63,262 nucleotides of DNA, filler included, from Octopus bimaculoides (GCF_001194135.2; 5 parts of 4 records of this genome joined end to end with filler, not necessarily neighbours in it); one strand, 5' to 3'. Positions 37,182-51,480 are shown, numbered from the whole stretch's first letter. Notes: generated from the letters alone by a model not told the origin. Made by a program: numbers and translations.

Positions 37182-37881
37182 NNNNNNNNNNNNNNNNNNN
37201 NNNNNNNNNNNNNNNNNNNNNNNNNNNNNNNNNNNNNNNNNNNNNNNNNNNNNNNNNNNNNNNNNNNNNNNNNNNNNNNNNNNNNNNNNNNNNNNNNNNN
37301 NNNNNNNNNNNNNNNNNNNNNNNNNNNNNNNNNNNNNNNNNNNNNNNNNNNNNNNNNNNNNNNNNNNNNNNNNNNNNNNNNNNNNNNNNNNNNNNNNNNN
37401 NNNNNNNNNNNNNNNNNNNNNNNNNNNNNNNNNNNNNNNNNNNNNNNNNNNNNNNNNNNNNNNNNNNNNNNNNNNNNNNNNNNNNNNNNNNNNNNNNNNN
37501 NNNNNNNNNNNNNNNNNNNNNNNNNNNNNNNNNNNNNNNNNNNNNNNNNNNNNNNNNNNNNNNNNNNNNNNNNNNNNNNNNNNNNNNNNNNNNNNNNNNN
37601 NNNNNNNNNNNNNNNNNNNNNNNNNNNNNNNNNNNNNNNNNNNNNNNNNNNNNNNNNNNNNNNNNNNNNNNNNNNNNNNNNNNNNNNNNNNNNNNNNNNN
37701 NNNNNNNNNNNNNNNNNNNNNNNNNNNNNNNNNNNNNNNNNNNNNNNNNNNNNNNNNNNNNNNNNNNNNNNNNNNNNNNNNNNNNNNNNNNNNNNNNNNN
37801 NNNNNNNNNNNNNNNNNNNNNNNNNNNNNNNNNNNNNNNNNNNNNNNNNNNNNNNNNNNNNNNNNNNNNNNNNNNNNNNNN

Positions 37882-37916
<35 letters not shown>

Positions 37917-38536
37917 TATATCAACGTCTGTGTGTGTCTGTATTTATATCAAATGGGTGTAACTTCAGTATTAATATCTGGACTTATTATGTTCTGAAAT
38001 ACCGTTAAAAGTATTTTTACATCTCGCAAGTAGAAGTGTATATCATAGACTCTCTTTTATCTCTCTCCTTCCGAGCAAGTTTATATCCTAGCAGTTGTGT
38101 ACGAATAAAAACAGATACCAAATGGAAATGAAGTAGCACATTACAAATCCGGGGTAGATGACTCTTGCTTTGATGCTCGATTTTACGCATCCTGAACTTA
38201 ATATATATTATATAATGTCACAGCATTTTCTTTTGGTAAACGTTGCGCACAGAAAATAGGGAGGAAAATGCGGAGGAAAGAAATATTATTGAGGATTTCT
38301 TTGCATTCGATACTTAGCATGCTAATAGATTCCCGTTCTTCCTGTCTTGGTATATGTGTCGTACTTTGATTGATGCTCTCTCCTCAATGGCCCTAATTGT
38401 ATCTCTTCCAATTAACAATGGCTGACTAACATCTTCAATTTCTGTTCAGCCCAAACAAATCTAATCATCAGACTCAACCAGGCCTCATACGGAAACAAGT
38501 GCTATGCAATAGCAATTACCTTTCCCTGTTTCTTTG

Positions 38537-38597
<61 letters not shown>

Positions 38598-39606
38598 TAT
38601 GGTTCATCTCAAGCTGAAGACTGAAATGAAGGAAAATTTTAAATCCCATTATATACGGAATAAGGACATTCGCCTGAAATGAAGCGTGAAAAAATGCCTT
38701 TCAGGAAAACTGAATAGAGGAATGTTAACACATCTTGTTAGATAAGGAAACGTAGACAGGAAAATTACACAAAATATTGGCTTTCAATTAATTAAGAACC
38801 GATGAAATTGATAGAATACAAGAAATACAAATTAAAGTAAATAGCTAGAAAATTAATATTGTAGACAATTTCAACGATTCAGCTGTATCTCGAAAATAAC
38901 GTTATTATCATTATGAAAAATGTCTGTCCCAGTGATATATTACATTCTCAACTCTGTGTGTTCATTAAATTAGTATCAGTATACAGTAAACAGTGAAATA
39001 TGTTTTAACATTGCAAACCAAAACATAATAAATATATAATCTAGGAGTCAAAGAATCGGTGTAACCATGATGTTCTGGTTATCTGATGAACTAGCTTTCT
39101 CTTTCTGTATAGATTTGTAAATATGCAGTTTTATTCTATAATGCGTAACGTGCATATTAGTGCAGACATGTAAATATATTTTATTATAGACTGAAATTCT
39201 TATTACATGAAGTTTACGAAACGGACATGGGCAGAAGGAAGATGTGGTATCTTCAAAGCCCCACTTTACTGGATCGGATCTCATAACTGCCAGTTCAGCC
39301 TGCCCGAAAGTCTGCAAACAATTCCCCAAACTGCAATATCCATCAATAGGTAAAAAAACAACTTACTTTTACCACTGTAGCTACAGGCTCCTGATCAACT
39401 TGAAACTACTGGGGCCGAGAAACCATATATTCCATTTTAATCCTGGCAGTCTCAAAAACAGAGACAGGTTATTTAACCCCCACTATCTGCATAGGCACTA
39501 GTCTGATCCATTCAGACACTCCGGCCTTAGGTGTTTTTTGTAATCTTCAATAGCGACATTTTGGAAAGGAAACGTGTTTGTTGTTTATACATACACGCAC
39601 ACATAC

Positions 39607-39637
<31 letters not shown>

Positions 39638-39769
39638 CACACAAATATACGTTTTAATCGTTGAATTCAGTTAACTCGTTCAGTGATTGCGGTGGAGGTA
39701 AAGATCATGGATCGAGGGCGGAGATTCCGAATTGGCAAAACATTTGCATTTCAAAATTCAAATTCCCTC

Positions 39770-39869
39770 NNNNNNNNNNNNNNNNNNNNNNNNNNNNNNN
39801 NNNNNNNNNNNNNTTAATTAATTAANNNNNNNNNNNNNNNNNNNNNNNNNNNNNNNNNNNNNNNNNNNN
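39770..39869. other. Assembly join linker
   Basis: 44 N + TTAATTAATTAA + 44 N. Confidence 0.95.
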
Positions 39870-41570
39870 ACATATTTTGTTGATGACCTAAACTTATACT
39901 CTAGTAATATGACTAGCATCAAGAGACAATTAAAACTATAGTCACAATATTCTCGCAAGATATAGGAGTGGAGTTTGGTTAAGATAAATGCTCATATATG
40001 ATAGTCAACCGAGGGAAGATTGTCGAATAGAGAGAGAACGCGTACTATCTCCCTTCTTGTCTATCTCAAATGATGAAAGCTAAAAATACCACGGAATCAA
40101 AGAGAATGTAGCATATGATAATGTTGTGACTAATACCACAATAGCAAAAGTGTACTTCAGTAGACTTCTGAAAATAGGGAACTCGGAACTGTCTGCATGA
40201 ATCAAAACCATATCTCACAATGCTTTTGCAGTACATGTGTGAGTGCCAATATTTGGGATTTTGTACTGGACAGTCGATGAGATACGCATCAAAACCAGAA
40301 AGGTACTGACCAGCACTAGCAACTTTCACATTAGGAGTGACACTGATAGGAAATGTGTGAAATGAAGGGATGGTGGTAGAGGTATAAGGTCAGTTCAATG
40401 AGTCTCTGAATGTCGCATTGCATCACTCACTTAGCACCTGCTGAACGGTAAAGGAAGAAATGTGTACAATTCCATGCATACTCAAAACTGAGAGTAATGT
40501 TTTCAGAGTTGTAAAACTACTGTGCAGGTACTGTGAGAATGCAGCTGTCTCATGCAACCGAAAGGAGGCTGGAAAAGGCTACCAAAACAGAAGTTTGGCT
40601 GAGAAGCAGGCACCATACCAACAAAACACAATCCATGAGTGCATACACTGTAAGCTAGAAGGCAACAAAGCATTGACAAGAAGAGTAGCCCCTACTAGAC
40701 CTGCGATAAATACATTACATCCCGCTTAGAAGGATATGCTTCCGCTACCCTGGAACAGGAGCTAGCTACTAAATACGTTATAAATAAGAGAGACAAATAT
40801 ACCAACAAACCTCCACGTTGTGAAGAAAAATGTCTGTGTAGAATTGTGGAAGATATCGTCCACTTCAGCAACAAGCGTCCCAAAATGTCTACGAGATACT
40901 ACCTGCCTACGAGATACTATCTGCAAAGACTATTTACCATGCTATGCGTAGGAAGGTTTCTCCTAATGTACACATCAAGCGCATGTCAGAATTAGCCGGT
41001 ATTCATATATTTAAAAAGAAGAAACACTGGTGGAACACTCCAATAAACACATCATTTCGGTGCAAACATAACAGATCTGATATTGTTCTGTGGAACAGGG
41101 AACAAGAGTCATTCACTATTGTAGAGGTCAGCTGCCCAGTAGATTTTGATGTACAATCAAAACCCTAAGAAAGAGAGAAACATCTATGGCGAATTAATGC
41201 GGAACTTACAGTTCTTGTATCCTGATTGTGAATTCTCATTTGTACCTATCATCATAGGTACATTAGGTCATGTACCAACAAATTCGCACAAGAACCTTGA
41301 AATACTAGGTTTTCCGAAAAAAGAGCAAAAATAACTGTCGCAGATTCTCCAAATCCAATCATTAGTGGTACATTGAAAATATGTAAGAGATTTCAAAAAT
41401 TCTCCATGTGAGATTCTTATGTGAATATTGGCACACACTTAGGTGTATGCATCGACAGTTCAGCTAATACACCAAACGAACGACATATTTACAAAAACCA
41501 GGGACTCCCTTAACTGAGAATGTCTTCTTGCCTTATTAGCAATGTGCTTGAACTTTTTCGGAAACTTAAA
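39870..41570 (+). mobile_element. R4/Dong-like RLE non-LTR retrotransposon (RT to endonuclease, decayed)
   Basis: FVDDL.LY; DKC; GGRG; CEEKC.C..VEDI.H; KHNRSDIVLW..IVEVSCP.D; FVPIIIGTLG. Confidence 0.85.
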
Positions 41571-41721
41571 TTAAAGACAAAACATATATACATACATATA
41601 CCTATAGATAGATACACATTAATAAACGTATGTATACATGTGTATAATTTTTTTATAAAATATAATAATAATTATTATTATTACCATTATTAAAATCAAT
41701 CATTGTTTTTGTTACTACTAC

Positions 41722-41865
41722 GTTGTGAGTTCGAATTCCGCCGAGGTCGACTTCGCCTTTCATCCTTTTTGAGTCAATAACTTAAGTACCAGTGAAACAC
41801 TGGTGTCGATATAATCGGCTAGTCCCCTCTCCACCAAAGTTCAGGCCTCATGCCTGTTTGTAGAA

Positions 41866-41870
<5 letters not shown>
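41722..41870 (+). mobile_element. 5'-truncated SINE running into an (ATT)n tail
   Basis: GAGTTCGAATTCCGCCGAGGTCGAC...TAGAAA followed by (TTA)n. Confidence 0.85.
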
Positions 41871-41927
<57 letters not shown>

Positions 41928-43056
41928 GTTTTTTTTTCTTCTTTCTTCAATTTTTTTCCCATTTCTCGCCGAGTGTTTTCCGTACACCTAGGGCAGAGAA
42001 ACGTTGTATGCATTCCCAATTTACACACGCAAATTCATAGGTAAAACATGTATTTAAGAAAAAAATCATGAATGGATGTTGTTTTCACAGCGATAATGCT
42101 CTTCTTAGTACATGAGTCGTTCCAGTTAGCACGATTGTTTGCACCTCCTGTAGAGATGGTAAGNNNNNNNNNNNNNNNNNNNNNNNNNNNNNNNNNNNNN
42201 NNNNNNNNNNNNNNNNNNNNNNNNNNNNNNNNNNNNNNNNNNNNNNNNNNNNNNNNNNNNNNNNNNNNNNNNNNNNNNNNNNNNNNNNNNNNNNNNNNNN
42301 NNNNNNNNNNNNNNNNNNNNNNNNNNNNNNNNNNNNNNNNNNNNNNNNNNNNNNNNNNNNNNNNNNNNNNNNNNNNNNNNNNNNNNNNNNNNNNNNNNNN
42401 NNNNNNNNNNNNNNNNNNNNNNNNNNNNNNNNNNNNNNNNNNNNNNNNNNNNNNNNNNNNNNNNNNNNNNNNNNNNNNNNNNNNNNNNNNNNNNNNNNNN
42501 NNNNNNNNNNNNNNNNNNNNNNNNNNNNNNNNNNNNNNNNNNNNNNNNNNNNNNNNNNNNNNNNNNNNNNNNNNNNNNNNNNNNNNNNNNNNNNNNNNNN
42601 NNNNNNNNNNNNNNNNNNNNNNNNNNNNNNNNNNNNNNNNNNNNNNNNNNNNNNNNNNNNNNNNNNNNNNNNNNNNNNNNNNNNNNNNNNNNNNNNNNNN
42701 NNNNNNNNNNNNNNNNNNNNNNNNNNNNNNNNNNNNNNNNNNNNNNNNNNNNNNNNNNNNNNNNNNNNNNNNNNNNNNNNNNNNNNNNNNNNNNNNNNNN
42801 NNNNNNNNNNNNNNNNNNNNNNNNNNNNNNNNNNNNNNNNNNNNNNNNNNNNNNNNNNNNNNNNNNNNNNNNNNNNNNNNNNNNNNNNNNNNNNNNNNNN
42901 NNNNNNNNNNNNNNNNNNNNNNNNNNNNNNNNNNNNNNNNNNNNNNNNNNNNNNNNNNNNNNNNNNNNNNNNNNNNNNNNNNNNNNNNNNNNNNNNNNNN
43001 NNNNNNNNNNNNNNNNNNNNNNNNNNNNNNNNNNNNNNNNNNNNNNNNNNNNNNNA

Positions 43057-43059
43057 TTA

Positions 43060-43141
<82 letters not shown>

Positions 43142-43170
43142 CATCATCATCATCATTATTACTATTATTG
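43057..43170. repeat. (ATT)n/(ATC)n microsatellite
   Basis: Direct reading. Confidence 0.9.
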
Positions 43171-46057
43171 TATCTTGGCACATTGATATACTGTACCGAG
43201 AGTTGCAAGACTGTGAAATAAATTTTTCTATTCGGTGGATGTAAAAATGTTCTTTTATTGAGCGTGTGGACTTTGTTGTTGTTTGATGTTAACTGGTGAT
43301 GGAAAAAGCAGTAGAATTGGACGGATAATATGAGTGGAAACACACTTGTTAATCGGAGAAAAGATTGAAAAAAAAAACGAAATAAAACGAAATAAAACAA
43401 ACAAAAACAATAATGTCATATTGCACAACAACATTATCACTATATCACAAACATCAAATGAAATGAAAATAATATAGCAGCAGTAGTCGCCAACAATATC
43501 AATATCGAAGATAACGCAAATACCAACAGCATCAATGAGAAAAGAATGTGTATCGGAGAAGACTCTACACTGTCGCACCATCAGCAAGTAACAGTAAACA
43601 AATGTTTTACGAATTACGCTCTTTGTCAGAACCCCTTTGACACAACCATGCCCGGGATCGTTCAGCGTTTTGTTTTGAATTTGTGCTAGTATTGTATTGC
43701 ATGACTTTTACTTTTATTTGAAAGCACTTCATGAAGGCGATTTCTCATTTGCTTACGCAAACCAACTGACACTTTGAGACTGATGCCGTCCATACTTTGT
43801 TAAAACTATTGAAAGCCTATAACTGCAACAAAGACATACTCAGGATGCAACAATTGCAGCTGGAGGGAATTCCCTGCTCATAGAAAACAGCAAAATTTGA
43901 TATGAGGGTATGAGGAGAAACGAATAAGCCAAGAGTATCTGAGAGTAGCAGATGAGAGACCAAAAATCATTGAAGTGCATATTCCATTGTTGTACATCGA
44001 AACAATTTGTATATAGAATAGAGGTTAGTGCGTGTCTTTGAGTACTTTTCTTATAATTAATCGAGGAACTTTACTTTGGATATGTTTTTTTGCGCGTTTG
44101 AGATGTTTAAACAGTACATTATTTTGGTCTAACTGAACTTTGTAGAACGTTAATATTTGTTGGGGGTCGAAATGTTTTGACTGTAACAGTCTTAGTTATG
44201 TTAAGGATGTGTTCAACTGGAAACATAGTTAGTGTTGGAGAGGTCCAGCATTCGGCGCCTTTGCAAACAAACTGCTTGCGTAGCCACTTAAGTTATCATT
44301 TGGAAACCGACCTATAAAAGCGATGCATAAATTGTTGCACGGCAGCTGATGAACTTGCGACCCTGTTGATATAACAGAACATGAGAGGCCTTCGTGCAAG
44401 TCTTAGCTGGTAGATTTCGTAAAATAACAGGGATAATGGCTTGTGATATACAGTTATATCTTTTTACGTTATAAATACACACCAAGCTGGTATCAATGTC
44501 TCCTTTCCTCCTACGAAACATGTTCTTGTCAGGAACTTGAGTCTAAACGACTATGTCCCAAATTTGTGGAATTGTAACTATGTTCGACACCTATAACTAG
44601 CGCCGGATGGAAATATATAAATATGCCTAATTCTGTGAATATAGGCAGAAATAATTGTTTTGAGAAGGAATGCATATTATATGCATTTTAAATTCTGCCA
44701 TATAATGTTGACTTCAATTTTGCTATTGCCTTTATAACAAATCTTGCTGGTCTTGCCAATCTCGCTACTCTATAAAGAACAATGTATGCGTAATGCATAA
44801 TGAGGGTTTAGCAATTTATTTGCATTTATATGAGTTGAAACGAAAATACTTTAATGGGTTTAGTCTTTTTATGAGCAATAAATAGCGTACAAATTGCTCT
44901 CTATTAGATGGAATTTATACCTGTATTTTGTGTACAACAAACTTCACAAAATATGATTAGCAAAATTACCTACTATTAAAGGAACAAGAGAAACGCTATG
45001 AAAGAATTCATCATTATTTTCCAAAACTAATTCAAGAGTTTATTATTGTGATATCATGTAGTTGGGTGTGTAAATAAATATGAAACAATATTAACGTCCT
45101 AAAGTCATCATCATGATTGTTTTCTCAACGCCGTAACACCGTCAAGATCAAAGTGACATCAATTAGATTATTCATTTCACCGCTGTTGCTGGAAATCAAA
45201 TTTAAAATATTATGTTTGATTAAACTAGACAGTAAAATAGGGAAAGATATTCGGAAGAATGCCAAGAAAATGGTGATTATAATCAAATTATATATGGCCC
45301 GGAAACCAAGCGCGATTTTATCTGATCAGTGCCAGAGAAACCTTGTCAAAGATAAAGCGCTAATAAGAAATTACAATTGAATTTTATAGCAGAAACGTAG
45401 CGTGATAGAGCAACAACAGTTCACCAAAATGGAAACTAGTTCAGTGCCTGTTCCCAGTAGAGATTCCTTAACTCTTTTGTTGTTAATGCCATTCATATTA
45501 TATACATTTAGTAATATAACTGAATCAATGGTACAAATTTAGAATATTTATGGTACTAAAGGAAGAAGACTTTTAATATAGAAAACATATTTTTGCTACA
45601 TTTGGTTAAATAGGCGTACAGGGAATCTGATATATTTAGCGTATGTTTTAATAATTAACTATGTATATGTGTTCATATCAATAGAAATCGTATCCAAAAC
45701 GTAGTTTTCAAAGTAATGTGAAAATATAAAGGAGAAACAGTTATTATTAACAATATTCATGGAATGCAATTTCAAATGAATTACATAATTTACAAGATAA
45801 GCAGTCTACGCCGATTCTTCTTATTAGCGTAACACTGCTTGAAAGAATATACAATTCCAATATCAATGCACACAACACAACGGCAAAATACAAGGAAAGA
45901 AAGAGTAGACAGTTCGTGAAATTGGCAGTGGTGAAATGAGAAAATACAACTTTCCGAAGCAATACAGACGTACACCAGGATTAAGACTGAAAGACTCGGG
46001 TGACCATTTAAAAGGACATAAAACAATCGGTATTCGAATCCTACAACACCGGACCAA

Positions 46058-46101
<44 letters not shown>

Positions 46102-46127
46102 AATATTCTGCAACTACAACTACAGCT

Positions 46128-46497
46128 GCTTGTACTTAACCATAACCAGTTGAGCAGGTCGCTTAGTGGCTGACGACATGTGCATCTCTGATCACAAACA
46201 TAAGTAGGTGAGAATGTTTGAGGTTTCAATAATTCACCTCTGGAAACATGAGTGTTTCGCTCATCATCCTTAGACATCTCTTATTTAGAGACCTTTTGAG
46301 CGGGATGGGCTACACGAGCAGGAGAAGATTCTAACTGGGCTATTTATCTTGGTATGAGATCACCATGTCGTGCAAATATGGTTGTGATGCATATACCTGG
46401 CGTACTCTTATCAGACGGGTTCTCATGATGGGTATAACTGAACTTCATATATTTGTAACCCATCGTATTTTTCATGGCATGTGCTGCTCTTTGCTTG
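46128..46497 (+). repeat. Deleted copy of the unclassified ~560-bp repeat
   Basis: Collinear with about 46765-47192 with internal deletions; followed by (AAT)n. Confidence 0.85.
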
Positions 46498-46507
46498 AAT
46501 AATGATG

Positions 46508-47192
<685 letters not shown>

Positions 47193-47224
47193 AATAACAA
47201 TAATAATAATATTAATAATATTAA

Positions 47225-47470
47225 GCTGTGGTTTGCTGTGGTGCTCTTATGTTTACTGTATTGAAAGTGTTTTGCGTAGAATGTGTGCAGTACCCAGTAG
47301 TGCAATTTTCTGTATGTTATATATATTTGTAAGTCCTGCTATTTTTGTTATGTATTTGTCTGAATATTTTTTTATTATACCTAAGGCACCTAATATGATA
47401 GGAATTGTTTCTGTTTTTAGATTCCACATTCGAGTTATCTCTATTTCCAGGTCTTTGTATTTTGAAAGTT
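47225..47470 (-). mobile_element. R4/Dong-like LINE 3' fragment
   Basis: KLSKYKDLEIEITRMWNLKTETIPIILGALGIIKK...IQKIALLGTAHILRKTLSIQ*. Confidence 0.88.
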
Positions 47471-47487
47471 TGTTATTATTATTGTTA

Positions 47488-47606
<119 letters not shown>

Positions 47607-47654
47607 TTAACAGCAATATTGATATTAATAATAATGATAACAACAACAACAACA

Positions 47655-48120
47655 ACAATGCAAAGTTCCTATGGGATTTTATGATTCAGTGCGATCATGA
47701 GACAGAGAATAGGAAACCAGACATAGTGCTAATTGAGAAAGGAAGCAAACAATGTTGGATCATAGATATATTATGCCCAGCTGACAACAAGGTATACGAT
47801 ATGGAAGAAAGAAAAGTCGATAGATATAACAGATTATCTTGGAAGAATAAGTAGTTGTAGTCGCTGAAAAAGGTGGGAGTAATAATAGCAATTGTCGGAG
47901 CCACGGGAACAATGAGTAAAAATCTTGAGAAGTACATGGAACAAATAGGGGCTGCAATAAGGGTGGAGCACTTGCAGAAAACAGCACTACTTGAAACCGC
48001 TCGAATACTCCCGATGGTGCTCGAAAAATAAGGGCTGTTGCTTTAGTTCACTGGTAGTGAACAGCAGACACCGTAGTACTTCACCAGTGTTAGGAGGTGT
48101 GCAAAGACGATAAAATATTA
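47655..48120 (+). mobile_element. R4/Dong-like LINE 3' fragment with 3' UTR
   Basis: AKFLWDFMIQCDHETENRKPDIVLIEK..IIDILCPAD..EERKVDRY; IVGATG; LQKTALLETARIL. Confidence 0.88.
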
Positions 48121-48256
<136 letters not shown>

Positions 48257-48292
48257 TAATAATAACAATAATAATAATAATAATACTTGAAA

Positions 48293-48392
48293 NNNNNNNN
48301 NNNNNNNNNNNNNNNNNNNNNNNNNNNNNNNNNNNNTTAATTAATTAANNNNNNNNNNNNNNNNNNNNNNNNNNNNNNNNNNNNNNNNNNNN
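48293..48392. other. Assembly join linker
   Basis: 44 N + TTAATTAATTAA + 44 N. Confidence 0.95.
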
Positions 48393-48549
48393 ATCTGTCT
48401 TCTCTATCTGTCTTCTCTATCTGTTTTCTCTATCTGTCTTCTCTATCTGTCTTCTCTATCTGTCTTCTCTATCTGTCTTCTCTATTTGTCTTCTCTATCT
48501 GTCTTCTCTATCTGTCTTCTCTATCTGTCTTCTCTATCTGTCTTCTCCA
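48393..48549. repeat. 13-bp minisatellite (ATCTGTCTTCTCT), about 12 copies
   Basis: Direct tandem units. Confidence 0.95.
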
Positions 48550-48559
48550 TACACACCCA

Positions 48560-49080
48560 CACACATATATATAATAAAGTGATCAACGAACGTTAAGGCA
48601 AGACAAATATCTCAAGTCATATACTTTATTATTAGTGGAAAAAAATTCAAAGTCTTACAGCTGTTTCTGGGATATCCCAGAGTATGAAATATTTCGTCAT
48701 CGAAGACAAACATTTCGTCATCGGGGAAAATGAGAAGGGGAAAAAATTAATGAAATGATGACACAGAGGAAAGGACAAAAGGAATAAGGAGGTGAAGAAA
48801 GAGAAGAAGAAAGAAGCATAAAAGTCTATTTCTAGATATTTAACACCATTAAGAATTTAACCTACATGGATTTACAAAGGACTGCCCCTTAGGACTTACG
48901 GACTTACTTCTGCATGATCGGAAAGTTGAACTGTGAACTTTTATGCTTCTTTTTCTTCTCTTTTTCATCTCCTTATTCCTTTTCTCCTATCCTCTGTGTC
49001 ATCATTTCATTAATTTATACCCTTATCATTTTCCCTATTTGTCTCCGATGACGGAATATCCCATACTCCAGGTGTAAGAC
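48560..49080. mobile_element. Penelope-like pseudo-LTR pair in inverted orientation with two damaged hammerheads
   Basis: 48720-48831 is reverse-complementary to about 48950-49040; the spacer reads WIYK..LPLGL (PLE ORF end WIxKL..PxGLN); hammerhead relics at 48652-48707 (-) and 49041-49080 (+). Confidence 0.8.
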
Positions 49081-49305
49081 TGGAGGAAGCAATCAAAGAA
49101 AAACGGCCAGAATTGGCAAATCATAAAGGAATCGTGTTCTACAATGGAAACACTAAACCACACGTCTTTGCTAACTCGTAAAAAAATATTGGAGCTTGGT
49201 GAGGAAGTGATGTTACATCGACCATACAGCCTTGACCTTGCACCATCAGATTACCATTTATTTCGAAGTTTGCAAAATTCTTTGAATGGTAAAACTTTAT
49301 TACCA
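49081..49305 (+). mobile_element. mariner transposase fragment
   Basis: EAIKEKRPELAN.KGIVF...N.KPH..LTRKKILELG.EVMLHRPYSLDLAPSDYHLFRSLQNSLNGK. Confidence 0.9.
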
Positions 49306-49590
49306 TGCGCCCTTTTAAAGCCTAGCCAGGCTCATGGGCTCGGTTTCGCGGTTTCTATGGCGTATGTGTTCCTCCCAGCTGGACGGGACGCCAGTCCATC
49401 GCAGCGTTACTCAAGAAACAGGAAGAAAGAGTACAACAGGGGTCGCCACCCCGCTGCCGGAGCCTCGTGGAGCTTTAGGTTTTTTCGCTCAATAAACACA
49501 CACACAACGCCAGGTCTGGGAATCGAAACCGCTATACTCCGATCGCGAGTCCGCTGCCCTTACCACTGGGCCATTTCGCCTCCACACAGA
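49305..49590 (-). mobile_element. tRNA-derived SINE (GGAGGCG head, tail type A with V-SINE-like domain)
   Basis: Same head and body as 23335, followed by GCTGCGATGGACTGGCGTCCCGTCCAG. Confidence 0.9.
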
Positions 49591-49614
49591 ATATGAGTGC
49601 TAAAGTATCTTTTT

Positions 49615-49672
49615 CCCATTTACTTCTTTTACTAGTTTCAACTGAAGAGCTGCGGCCATGCAGGAGCACCTC
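49615..49672 (-). mobile_element. Isolated SINE/LINE 3' tail
   Basis: Reverse complement GGTGCTCCTGCATGGCCGCAGCTCTTCAGTTGAAACTAGTAAAAGAAG. Confidence 0.65.
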
Positions 49673-50029
49673 ACTTTTCTAAAATAGATGAGCTTGAATT
49701 TTTAACTCGTTTGGTAACATATTTTTTCTCATCGAATCACGGCACCAACATCAGATTGGAGTTCTGTTCGACGACAAATGCCCTTGGAAAGCTTCTGGGG
49801 GTTAGAGTCATCTTTAAAAGTCTTTTAAAATTTTATTTTAGCATTGTTGGTGGCATTTCCAATGTAATGTCGTTTGTGTAAATAATAAACTTGTAGGTAC
49901 AAACACAGTACTCTGGGGGATATCACCAATGCCTTTTGCTTGTACCAAAATAAAATTTATCGATTACACCATGTTGGGTTCTGTTTGTTACGACACATTT
50001 AATCCACTCTAGTAGCAATCCTATTTATA

Positions 50030-50088
<59 letters not shown>

Positions 50089-50098
50089 NNNNNNNNNN

Positions 50099-50140
<42 letters not shown>

Positions 50141-50174
50141 ATACATACATACATATATACATACATTTATATAC

Positions 50175-50205
<31 letters not shown>

Positions 50206-50375
50206 TAGATATATATACATACATACATATGTATACATTGATACGTATATATATATACACACATGTACATATATATATATATACATACATGCATACATAC
50301 ATGCATACATACATTTATAAGTATGTATATATATATATACACACACACATATATATATACATACATATATATGTG

Positions 50376-50411
<36 letters not shown>

Positions 50412-50485
50412 ACACACTCACACACATATATGTATATGCGTGTGCACGTATGTGTGCGTTTGTGTGTAGGTGTATGTGTGTGTTT
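50030..50485. repeat. Compound (TG)n/(TA)n/(TACA)n/(CA)n microsatellite
   Basis: Direct reading. Confidence 0.9.
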
Positions 50486-50574
50486 ACCGGTATAAAGACT
50501 GTGAGGGATATTAACGGACAATTTTGTGTATATTACTTTTTTTCGAAACGAATAAAATGTTTCTATTTCTTTCA

Positions 50575-51390
50575 GATTCCGCTTGACAGATAAGACTGCT
50601 CACACAAGAAATGAAGACATTGTTGCCGTATGTGCGGGTCACAACAATTTGGTAATTGTCAATTTTCTAATTGTTACCAGAACTTTTGAACACAAAGTTC
50701 GCATGGAAATGGATACCCGTAGCGGGAATGTTTCAGCTGTATCAAAGAGAACGCAAAATAAAACTTTCTAAATAATCGGAAACTGTAAGGACACCACAAT
50801 CCATCAAACGGGTTGAAGGATTATCGATAATGATCCTAGAAATCGATGGGGATTATTGCCAAATAACTTTAAATATCGGAATAGACTATCAGAACTGTGC
50901 TCGAGGGCATTCGATACAACTTGTGTATAATGGAGAGAAGCAAATTCATGCATGCAAATATATAGGAAAACCGTTTGGTCCGTGGCAGCAGCTTATTTAA
51001 CACGGTTAAAAAACTCTCATGAACATTGCCTGCTTTGGTTCTTCTCTCACGAGAAAAACTTCGACAAAGATCAAAAGTCTAAGAGAATAAATGACAGGTG
51101 GTTACGTGCAGATGCATTTGATGTCCCTAGAATGATGTACACTAAGTTTTTAACAATTATGATGGTTTTAGGAGTCGTGAGAAATGAAGGCAATGTCATA
51201 ATACCTCACATCTTTCCAAAGGGTTTAAGAGTTAATGCTGCGGGGTACGTTGAAGTGCAGGAGAGAGTTGTTAAGGTTTGTATGAAGTACTCATTGAGAG
51301 GCCATATATGTTTCAACATGGCTCAGCACATTATCACAAAGTTCACCCAACTCCAAAATGAATGTCACACGATTTTTATAACCATGTAAC
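50575..51390 (+). mobile_element. Tc1/mariner (maT/DD37D-like) transposase pseudogene
   Basis: WFFSHEKNF.KDQK....NDRW; MMVLGVVRNEG.V..P.IF..GLRVNA.GY. Confidence 0.8.
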
Positions 51391-51397
51391 AGTTGAG

Positions 51398-51480
51398 TCC
51401 TGGGGTCGATGTAATCGACTAGTCCTTTCCCTCGAACTTGCTGGCATTGTGCCAAAATCTGAAACCATTATTATTGTTGT
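51398..51480 (+). mobile_element. SINE 3' fragment
   Basis: CCTGGGGTCGATGTAATCGACTAG...TTGTGCCAAAATCTGAAACCATTATTATT. Confidence 0.75.

Noticed and set aside
31088-38008. Long ORFs of 180-310 aa in the ORF track (also 8479-9462, 42035-43400 and 56404-57403)
   Set aside because: Composed of X from N gaps and dinucleotide or trinucleotide repeat translations.
38440-38480. Minus-strand CTGATGA...GAAA spacing
   Set aside because: Stem II is weak and neither stem I nor stem III can be formed.
44347-44415. CTGATGA followed by a stem (ACTTGC/GCAAGT), as a possible hammerhead
   Set aside because: No GAAA after the stem and no stem III or cleavage triplet.
44421-44438. Resemblance to an I-SceI site (ATAACAGGGATAAT)
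   Set aside because: Mismatched and gapped partial match; expected by chance in AT-rich DNA.
46020-46050. B-box-like GGTATTCGAATCC as a possible tRNA gene
   Set aside because: No A-box at a suitable distance and no cloverleaf.
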